Shown: one piece after another, positions 57,309 through 64,000 of the stretch
Position numbering within the stretch: position 1 is the first letter of the stretch
Layout: each line of letters starts with the position of its first letter
Assembly (NCBI GenBank): GCA_027491115.1
Contig: JAIXWV010000020.1
Span: forward strand, 229,975 to 293,974
Source of the DNA: Pseudomonadota bacterium
GTDB lineage: Bacteria > Bdellovibrionota > UBA1018 > CAIMNF01
DNA length: 64,000 bases
Direction of reading: 5' to 3'
Notes under the pieces: model-generated
The model's database searches: none
Seen by the model: only the letters and a program-made list of their open reading frames with translations
Told to the model about the DNA's origin: nothing
Made by a program: the position numbers and the translations under genes

Positions 57309-57992
57309 TCACCTCATGAAGTATTCAATAAATGGCTCGATATTGGCCTTCTGATCCGGACCCCCATTTCCATGGATAATGAGTGGCTGCGTCCCGGTGA
57401 GGACATTTTCAACTCGACCCCCGCTCATCGTATAATCCCAGCCGATAAATCCCGGCGAGAAAAGGGTATAGAATAGCTCGCACCGATGATCGAGTTTAAT
57501 CAGGCCCGGGTTCTCGAGAAACAACCGGGTGTAGAACCTCTGGTCATCCCCCCAGATGTCGACTCCTGAGAAGTTAAAACGCAATGCCGCATTGCGAAAA
57601 TACTCAATCTCAGCCATGAAGCACCCAGCATTGAGGAAACGCCAAGGTGTTTCACAGGGGGGATAGCGGTCTTCCATACCGGCGTCCGGCCAGCAACTCT
57701 GTTCGGCATTAAACACCCAAGGATGTTGAAGTTCGATAAAGCGACGCTCCACCTCCTGTAAGGGAGCTGTGACGACTACATCAAACGCGTCCATGACTAG
57801 TACATGGGTGAATTGATCGCGCATTTCCTCGATAGTTTCGAAAACTCGCTTGATCTTGAGGGCATGAGAGTACTTGGGGAACCCCTCGGGCCAAACGTTT
57901 CGAACCTCGTAACCAAACGAATTCCAGATCCTCGAGCACTCCTTGAAATAGCCACCTTCTCCGTTCCACATGGATAGCACCAGTGTTTTCAT
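57309..57992 (-). CDS. glycosyltransferase homologous to the N-terminal GT domain of lysyl hydroxylase LH3/PLOD (collagen Hyl-glycosyltransferase-like)
   Basis: Motif-by-motif resemblance to the LH3 GT domain as I recall it: DxxD MDAFDV (LH3 VDSYDV), AEQSCWPD (AESFCWPE), WRFLNAGCF (KRFLNSGGF), DDQRFYTRLFL (DDQLFYTRLYL), LDHRCELF (LDHKSRIF), PLIIHGNGG (PIVVHGNGP). Confidence 0.5.
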   Translation of the reverse strand: MKTLVLSMWNGEGGYFKECSRIWNSFGYEVRNVWPEGFPKYSHALKIKRVFETIEEMRDQFTHVLVMDAFDVVVTAPLQEVERRFIELQHPWVFNAEQSCWPDAGMEDRYPPCETPWRFLNAGCFMAEIEYFRNAALRFNFSGVDIWGDDQRFYTRLFLENPGLIKLDHRCELFYTLFSPGFIGWDYTMSGGRVENVLTGTQPLIIHGNGGPDQKANIEPFIEYFMR

Positions 57993-58639
57993 GGACTCAT
58001 AAACCTCGCGACTTCACGATAACGATTGAGATTCTCCGGTGGGATGCCGGCCCTGAAATACTTGTACACTTCTTCCACTTCGACGAAATCGAGCTCCTGG
58101 AACACCTCTACCGGACCGATCGGCAACTGGTACCAAAATCCGGCTAATTCCGTTCGATAGATCCCAGAAAGAATATCGAGCTTAAGCGAGAACTGATCTG
58201 AGGAAAGAGTATGAGCGGTGTAGTTTCTGGAGAATGCTCCCGGTGAAAACACCGGAACGCCAAGCTCGGCGGCCGCCCAATGAACTGCATACGAGACATC
58301 CTGATGCTGGATGTGCCCATACTCGCCGTGTGGAGAATGGGTATAGACCACCTTGTATCCTCCCGAGCGGATCAAGTTCAGAACCGCCTCGTACACTTCC
58401 TCTACGGGCAGTCGCTCGCGAAAGCTATCTTTCAGACTAAGGAGTTCAATCCGAGGCACACCGAGCGCCTGACCGGCGGAATGGAGCTGCGCCATTCGTG
58501 CCTGACCCCTGCCCTCATAGTTTCCGTCGGTCACACAACACAAATCTGCAGCACCGGGGTAAAGCACCGTGAACACCGAAGTAAAGAACAAGGTCTCATC
58601 ATCAGGGTGGGCAGCAACCACTAGCGCTTCACTCTTCAT
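57989..58639 (-). CDS. PIG-L/LmbE-family N-acetylglucosaminyl deacetylase
   Basis: AAHPDDETLFF zinc-binding signature at the N-terminus; 216 aa. Confidence 0.75.
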   Translation of the reverse strand: MKSEALVVAAHPDDETLFFTSVFTVLYPGAADLCCVTDGNYEGRGQARMAQLHSAGQALGVPRIELLSLKDSFRERLPVEEVYEAVLNLIRSGGYKVVYTHSPHGEYGHIQHQDVSYAVHWAAAELGVPVFSPGAFSRNYTAHTLSSDQFSLKLDILSGIYRTELAGFWYQLPIGPVEVFQELDFVEVEEVYKYFRAGIPPENLNRYREVARFMSP

Positions 58640-58752
58640 CAGGTCTTAATCTACACCATCAATCAAGGAATACGGAGAGGCCAATGCATCGTCAGAAATC
58701 CGTCGCTATGCCCAAGCATTGGGAAAGGATAATTTAGCTGAAGGAGCACACG

Positions 58753-59808
58753 ATGCGAACGAAAATCCGGGTGCATTTTCACATCCCCGAGCCCGATGTG
58801 GGCGGTGCCGAGGTTCACGCACTGAACCTATGGAAAACCATCGATCGGTCGAAGTTTGAGCTTACAGTGAGCGCTCCTCCGATGAGGCCAGAGTTCCAGT
58901 GGTTCGAGGAAGAGATCAGGCGCCACGCTCCACTTCACATCTTTTCACGCTCTCCATCCGAGATCGCTCATTTCCTGAGTTCGGTTCGCCCATCCTTGAT
59001 TCAGTTCTACAACAGCATTGATTTTTGTGATGCTCTCGACACTATCGATTTCCCCTTCGCCGGGATCGAGCTCATTCACGCAAAAAAGTTCTGGGGACAG
59101 GACATTACCAAGACTCCAAAGCACCACGTCCGCATCATCATTGGAGTCAGTGATGATGCCTGTAGGTTTTACCTTGATAACCGACTGGAGCGGGACATCG
59201 AGGTCAGAACCATTTGGAATGGGATTGATACCGGGAGATTCCCGCCGAGGCGTAAGGAAGACCCGGATCGATTACGATTCCTCTCGGTCTCTCGACTCAG
59301 TATCGAGGATAAGCGACTCGACGATTTGATTTACTTCTTCAACCGACTCGGGGTTTCCACACACGAACTCCACCTGGTCGGGGAAGGCTCGGATGAGGGC
59401 GTTCTTCGTGAGTTTGCGGAGTCACTCGGGGCTGGAAACGTTCGGTTTCGTGGCTTTCTTGAGGATCCCTCAACCGCTTATTCGGAAGCAGACGTCTATA
59501 TCTCGCTGTCCGAACGCGAGGGGTATGGCCTAAGCCTGGCTGAGGCAGCCGCATGCGGACTTCCAATCCTCAGCTGGAACTGCGGAGGGGTCATGGATCT
59601 ATTTGAGGACGGCAAAAATGCTCTGATCCTTGAAAAAGACGGAGACATTCTTCCGGCGATGTCCCGGATGCTCAAGGATTCCGAGCTCAGGAGAATGCTC
59701 GGACAGAACGCTCGTGCCCTGGCTCAAGCAAAGTTTGATCTCAGAGGAATGACCCGGAGCTACGAGAAACTCTACGAGGAACTCTTGACTCCCCATTCAT
59801 TCGGTTGA
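58753..59808 (+). CDS. glycosyltransferase family 4 (GT-B)
   Basis: RBS AAGGAG; C-terminal EGYGLSLAEAAACGLPILS... GT4 signature (E-x7-E region). Confidence 0.75.
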   Translation: MRTKIRVHFHIPEPDVGGAEVHALNLWKTIDRSKFELTVSAPPMRPEFQWFEEEIRRHAPLHIFSRSPSEIAHFLSSVRPSLIQFYNSIDFCDALDTIDFPFAGIELIHAKKFWGQDITKTPKHHVRIIIGVSDDACRFYLDNRLERDIEVRTIWNGIDTGRFPPRRKEDPDRLRFLSVSRLSIEDKRLDDLIYFFNRLGVSTHELHLVGEGSDEGVLREFAESLGAGNVRFRGFLEDPSTAYSEADVYISLSEREGYGLSLAEAAACGLPILSWNCGGVMDLFEDGKNALILEKDGDILPAMSRMLKDSELRRMLGQNARALAQAKFDLRGMTRSYEKLYEELLTPHSFG

Positions 59809-59861
59809 CGGCGGCTGTCTGCTCAATTGCACTTTAAGCCGAATCCTGCCACGATTGTTGC

Positions 59862-61250
59862 ATGGGGAATCACCTCTACCGCTGGGACGAAATCCAAAAG
59901 CTAAAGGATCTAGCGATCCGGCCGGAGGTTGCCTCTCCATTCGTCGAAGGCTCGGTTCGGACTGGCACTCCGATCGTCCTACGGAACCCGGTCGGGGGTG
60001 CTCTTTTTACAGAAAGGGACACCCTCGAAGTGATCCGAGATATTTTCCTGAATCCCTTCAGGGATCTTCCGAATCCGAAAATCATCCTCGGAGACTCAGA
60101 ACTCTTCTCTGATTACAGCAACGATCCCGACGGGCTCGCCGAGAAACTGCTTCGCCTTGCGCCGTTACCCGATGAAGAGACCGTGAGCAGTTATGTGGAA
60201 CGAGTGAAGCGAGAGACTGGCTCGAGCGAACTTTTCTATTATATGAAGATCCGTTCAGCAAATCATCCCCTCCTCTGGTTCAAAGTCCGGGAGGTGCAGA
60301 AACACATCTTTAACCGAATGCCCTATCCGGCCGGAGGTGTCGAGCTGGATATTTTCTTCGGCGATTACTCCAAAACACCCACTAACATCCATCGGGACGG
60401 AGCCGGCTTCATTTATGTCGTGAGTGGATCAAAAAAATTTCATGTGTGGCCGTTCGACCGATTCAGCGGACTCGATTCGGTCAAAAACGATGCCCGATTG
60501 AGGCCCGCTTACTTTCTTGGCGAATCTGTACGCTTCGAAGATGCGGTGGCGACAGGAATCCCACTCGAGGGGAGTCGAGGCGACATCATCTTCTGGCCAG
60601 ACGACCATTGGCATATCGCGGAGGGAGACGGAAGCATTGCGATCACTTTCTGCATGAGTTTTTTCTTTAACTTCTCCATTCTCAGTGAAATCGAGCCCGC
60701 ACTCCAGTCCATCGGTGCAGGGGATCCACAATCATTAGTCCCGCGCGAGCTATCGAAATCGGGAGGATCAGGTCCGGATGTGACTCCGTTAAATAATGAG
60801 CTGGTCACAGCCCTCGATCGCTGGTGGAAGGATACCAGCGTCATTTACAGTAGGCTACGAGAAGCCTATACACTGAAACAAATCGAGAGGACGAGCGGAG
60901 CAGGTTTCAACCAGCCCTTTTTTCCAGTTAGGATCGATCGGGAAAGCCTGATTGGGGTTCGCCTGAAATGTGATCCGGAGTTCCCCTTGCATCATGTTGT
61001 CCTGGGCAAGGTCACCCATGTTGCCGCAAATGGCATAAGCAGCGCCTTCACGGACGCTTGTGAACCGCTTATTCCATTTCTTACCTGGCTCAACACAGGG
61101 GCGGAGTTCACGACCGACACAGCAACCATATTGTTCCAGGAGACGACACGGCAATCGGTCAACGAGCGCGAGCGTAGAACTCTTGAAAGCTGCCTCGAAT
61201 TCGTTCTGTCGATGAGAGCGGCATTCATTGTAAACGGAAGCGGTCCATGA
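59862..61250 (+). CDS. JmjC/cupin-like domain protein (candidate 2OG-dependent hydroxylase)
   Basis: Cupin beta-sandwich with a HxD...H arrangement (NIHRDGAGFIYVVSG...FHVWPFD ... IIFWPDDHWHIAEG); 462 aa with an extra C-terminal domain. Confidence 0.4.
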   Translation: MGNHLYRWDEIQKLKDLAIRPEVASPFVEGSVRTGTPIVLRNPVGGALFTERDTLEVIRDIFLNPFRDLPNPKIILGDSELFSDYSNDPDGLAEKLLRLAPLPDEETVSSYVERVKRETGSSELFYYMKIRSANHPLLWFKVREVQKHIFNRMPYPAGGVELDIFFGDYSKTPTNIHRDGAGFIYVVSGSKKFHVWPFDRFSGLDSVKNDARLRPAYFLGESVRFEDAVATGIPLEGSRGDIIFWPDDHWHIAEGDGSIAITFCMSFFFNFSILSEIEPALQSIGAGDPQSLVPRELSKSGGSGPDVTPLNNELVTALDRWWKDTSVIYSRLREAYTLKQIERTSGAGFNQPFFPVRIDRESLIGVRLKCDPEFPLHHVVLGKVTHVAANGISSAFTDACEPLIPFLTWLNTGAEFTTDTATILFQETTRQSVNERERRTLESCLEFVLSMRAAFIVNGSGP

Positions 61251-62341
61251 GTTCCGTCCTCGACCTTCTGCGCACCCTGGACTTGCCGAAGTCCAATCTC
61301 GCTGTTTCCATGCTCGAGCAACGCTCCATGGAGCCAGATGATGGCGGGGTACGGATTTTCTTCTATGACTCCCCAGAATGGTTGGAGCTCGAAGAAAAAG
61401 CTGTTCGCGCCTTCAACGATGAAGGGCACGTCTATCCGGAGGACATTGCGCTCTATGTCCTGCTCAGAGACCGATTCTGGCAACATCGCGTCCATCGGCC
61501 GGAGGAAGCCGACTTCGTTTTCACTCCCTTTCCTGCGACTACGGCCCGATGCATTCCTCAAGACGAGTTCAACAGGGCACTTGGACGCATGAGCCTTTTG
61601 GGTAAGATTCCACACCTGCTCATCGACACCCACGACGCCTATTCCCGCCCAGGATACGCGCAAGGGAATCCTTCGCGGGAATCGTTGGCGGAACTCAAGC
61701 AAGCTCTCTTCGGCTGGATCAGCGCGGATTTCACGCTTTTGTATCTTGACTCGACCCCGCAGGACCATCCGGATGATATCCCTGTCCTTCCGTTTTGTGG
61801 CTTCGAAACGATCCCACCTGATGCGACCGAGAGGCCCTACTCCACCGGCTTCGTCGGCACCCTGGGTCAGGAGCATTGGCCAGCAGGAAACATCCGCGGG
61901 AAAGACGCGTTTCAGAATTGGATGGATCTCAAGGATTCCTTTGGTACCGATGCTTTTATAGGCTCCAACATGGAAGCAATCCTCACTCTTTCGGGTATCA
62001 CATCCCCCCTGATTGAGCTTCCTCGACTCTCTAAGACTTGGCTTTGTCCGCGAGGATTCAGTTCTTATACCTACCGAATCTCGGAGTCGGTACTGAGCGG
62101 TGCTGTACCGTGGATCTTGGCCGACGACTACCGTCTCCCGTTTGAACAGCTCATCGATTGGAGTGGGTTCTCCATCCGGAGCCGGGAGTCCGATTTACCC
62201 CACCTGAAGGAGACTTTCGTTCAGAACCGTCTCCCTATCGAACAAAAGATCAAAAAACTCCATGATTTCCAGCATTATTTTACTCCGGAGGGGCTATTCC
62301 AGTTGATCCGGATGGAACTCAAGAGGAGGAGGAAAGAATGA
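61247..62341 (+). CDS. exostosin/GT47-like glycosyltransferase
   Basis: C-terminal exostosin hallmark: WLCPRGFSSYTYRISESVLSGAVPWILADDYRLPFEQLIDWSGFSIRSRESD (compare F.LCP.G...R..EA...GCIPVI..D...LPF...IDW..FSV). ATGA overlap with the upstream gene. Confidence 0.5.
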   Translation: MSSVLDLLRTLDLPKSNLAVSMLEQRSMEPDDGGVRIFFYDSPEWLELEEKAVRAFNDEGHVYPEDIALYVLLRDRFWQHRVHRPEEADFVFTPFPATTARCIPQDEFNRALGRMSLLGKIPHLLIDTHDAYSRPGYAQGNPSRESLAELKQALFGWISADFTLLYLDSTPQDHPDDIPVLPFCGFETIPPDATERPYSTGFVGTLGQEHWPAGNIRGKDAFQNWMDLKDSFGTDAFIGSNMEAILTLSGITSPLIELPRLSKTWLCPRGFSSYTYRISESVLSGAVPWILADDYRLPFEQLIDWSGFSIRSRESDLPHLKETFVQNRLPIEQKIKKLHDFQHYFTPEGLFQLIRMELKRRRKE

Positions 62342-63531
62342 AACACGAGCCACCTCTTTTTGGAGCCTACTTCTACCCCATTAGTAGCAAGTGCCCGGTC
62401 CGAAATTCCCGCGCTGAAACCCTCGCTCTGCCCCAGGTGCCGAATGAGTGCACTCTGGCATTGAATGCCACACCGCTGTTTCCCGGCCACGAGCAACCAC
62501 AAAAGTACTGCATTGATCGAGAGCTCACCACCACTTGGGATGATGCTGACCCCGAAACAATGAGGAAGCATGTCCAGCTCGCCAAGGAACACGGGATCGA
62601 CTTTTTCCTGTTCGATACCTACCTCGGGCTCAAGGACGGAAAGGTTTACCATGAGCTGAAGGAGTGCATTGACCTCGGAATGCTTTCTCAGCAGCTCGGT
62701 GACTTCAAGTTCGCGGTTATGAATGTACCCGCCAGTCCTCGAGTCATCCTTCCGATGCCGAAAAACCTCGAGAAACGACTCTCAGACTTTTATCGCGAAG
62801 AGCGGTTCTACGAAATCTCTGAGGCCTGCGCCGAAGTAATTGTCGACCACAATCAATCGAAATATTGGGGACATGCCAATTATCTTCATATCGACGGACG
62901 CCCGGTTCAAGCCCTGTTCATCGGCGATTTCCGCTTTGAAGATCCAGAGCTTGAACGAAAGCGAGTGCTCGATTTTCTGCTTCGATTCAAGAGCTACTCC
63001 TTTGAAAAATACGGTGTCCGTCCTTATGTCATTGCCGTCATGGTGAACAGCCTCGACTTCATCGAAGAGTGCATGGCTGCAGAGGTCGATGCGATTACCG
63101 GTTATGGATTGCTAGCCTATTTTGAGAAATACGAGTCGAGCGTCCAGAACTACCCCGACCTTGTAGAGCGACGGATCGAAGACTGGCCACTGATCCAGTC
63201 GATGATCGGAGATATCCCTTTCATTCCCCCCATCGTCCCTGGCTTTGACTCCTCTCCACGCGGAGAGAATCACACCAAGCTGGAAGAGGTGACGGGGCGC
63301 TATCCATTCACGCCCGTCGTTGCGAACTCTAATCCCGAGTCCTTCGAGAACATGATGTCTGCGGCGCGGACCTTCATCGAGAGTCCGTTCCCAAACCGTC
63401 CTCCGCTTTATTTGTTTTCCACCTGGAACGAGATCACGGAAGGAATGGCCCTTCTCCCCAAGGCTAACCGCGGAACCTTCGATTCGACCCTACTCGAGCG
63501 GGTCAAAAAATTTAAGGAAACACTCAAATGA
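62338..63531 (+). CDS. WbsX-like (GH99-like) glycosyltransferase family protein
   Basis: N-terminus ...LFGAYFYPISS resembles the FYLPQFHP start of WbsX-family proteins; 397 aa. Weak call. Confidence 0.3.
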   Translation: MKHEPPLFGAYFYPISSKCPVRNSRAETLALPQVPNECTLALNATPLFPGHEQPQKYCIDRELTTTWDDADPETMRKHVQLAKEHGIDFFLFDTYLGLKDGKVYHELKECIDLGMLSQQLGDFKFAVMNVPASPRVILPMPKNLEKRLSDFYREERFYEISEACAEVIVDHNQSKYWGHANYLHIDGRPVQALFIGDFRFEDPELERKRVLDFLLRFKSYSFEKYGVRPYVIAVMVNSLDFIEECMAAEVDAITGYGLLAYFEKYESSVQNYPDLVERRIEDWPLIQSMIGDIPFIPPIVPGFDSSPRGENHTKLEEVTGRYPFTPVVANSNPESFENMMSAARTFIESPFPNRPPLYLFSTWNEITEGMALLPKANRGTFDSTLLERVKKFKETLK

Positions 63532-64000
63532 GCTCAACTGAAAATAAGAAGCTACTCCTTACCATCGCTTGTGGAGATTACTATCAACGAATGGCGGAAA
63601 TCACCCATCCCTTCCTGAGGAGCTATGCGGAAAAGATCGGCGCGGACTTCCATTGCATCTCGGAACACCGTTCAGAGCTTCCCGCCCATTTTCAGAAGAT
63701 GTCCATCTATGAATTCCTGGAGCGCTACGATCGGATCCTCTTCATGGATACGGACATTCTGGTTCGACCTGAGGCTCCAGATCTTTTTTCTATTGTAGAT
63801 GAGCAGCACCTCGGTCTTCTGGACCAGTCCCAACACTATTCTTCGAGTCCGATCCAGTTTAGATCCGCCGTGAGCCTGTGGGGGTATGACCTTTCACCCG
63901 AACGCTATTACAACACCGGAGTGATGGTGATCTCGAAGATCCACCGCAATCTTTTCCGCATACCTGTTGACATCCGACCGGAGCAGGTCCCCTTCGACCA
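63528..64000 (+). CDS. GT8/GT34-like nucleotide-sugar glycosyltransferase, 3'-truncated by the window end
   Basis: ATGA overlap start; YAEKIGADFHCI, DxD MDTDILV and YYNTGVMVI motifs typical of GT8/GT34 (Mnn10/GMA12-like) retaining GT-A enzymes. Confidence 0.4.
   Translation, partial: MSSTENKKLLLTIACGDYYQRMAEITHPFLRSYAEKIGADFHCISEHRSELPAHFQKMSIYEFLERYDRILFMDTDILVRPEAPDLFSIVDEQHLGLLDQSQHYSSSPIQFRSAVSLWGYDLSPERYYNTGVMVISKIHRNLFRIPVDIRPEQVPFD

Noticed and set aside
1-64000. CRISPR arrays, IS elements, transposases, integrases, and prophage or toxin-antitoxin modules.
   Set aside because: No direct-repeat and spacer periodicity is present, and no ORF has recognisable transposase (DDE), integrase (R..H..R..Y) or phage structural motifs. 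The low-GC island therefore has no visible mobility genes within this window.

Overview
This 64 kb window is chromosomal and reads most like a Gram-negative, deltaproteobacterial or predatory-type genome, though I cannot place it confidently from sequence alone. It falls into two compositionally distinct parts. Positions 1 to about 33.4 kb are roughly 58-60% GC by eye and hold conserved housekeeping and envelope genes: lon (cut off at the 5' window edge), proC, rpoZ, smpB, rsmA/ksgA, tsaD, a Tol-Pal tail (pal plus a CpoB/YbgF-like protein), ribD, ssb, alaS and glyQS. The large outer-membrane/lipid A block runs bamA-skp-lpxD-fabZ-lpxA and ends in a fused lpxB-lpxK gene, followed by lolCDE components, trxB, a rhomboid protease and a methylmalonyl-CoA epimerase-like VOC protein. 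After a 680 bp intergenic region with a near-consensus sigma70-type promoter and a triple inverted-repeat operator, GC drops to about 52% across a 1183-aa lipoprotein made of about 20 RCC1-like repeats, and to about 45-50% from 37.95 kb to the window end. That low-GC stretch is an accessory island packed with glycosylation and secretion genes. Its centre is the system I judge most likely to be new: a 145-aa precursor (56709..57146, minus strand) with a long NHLP/Nif11-like leader ending in a double-glycine motif and a Gly/Ala/Lys-rich core. Beside it sits the characteristic NHLM-type export cassette: a C39-peptidase ABC transporter, a second ABC transporter with cNMP-binding domains and a degenerate C39-like domain, and a short HlyD-like adaptor. 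No YcaO, radical-SAM or lanthionine enzymes are present. Instead the precursor is surrounded by glycosyltransferases of eukaryote-like families (an LH3/PLOD-type GT-domain homolog, an exostosin/GT47-like protein, two GT92-like proteins, a GT8/GT34-like protein, GT4 and GT2), by two 2OG/JmjC-type oxygenases, a PIG-L deacetylase, and a Gtr-like polyprenol-phosphate glycosylation trio. This suggests a hydroxylated and/or glycosylated ribosomal peptide of an undescribed class. No rRNA, tRNA, CRISPR or obvious transposase genes were found.
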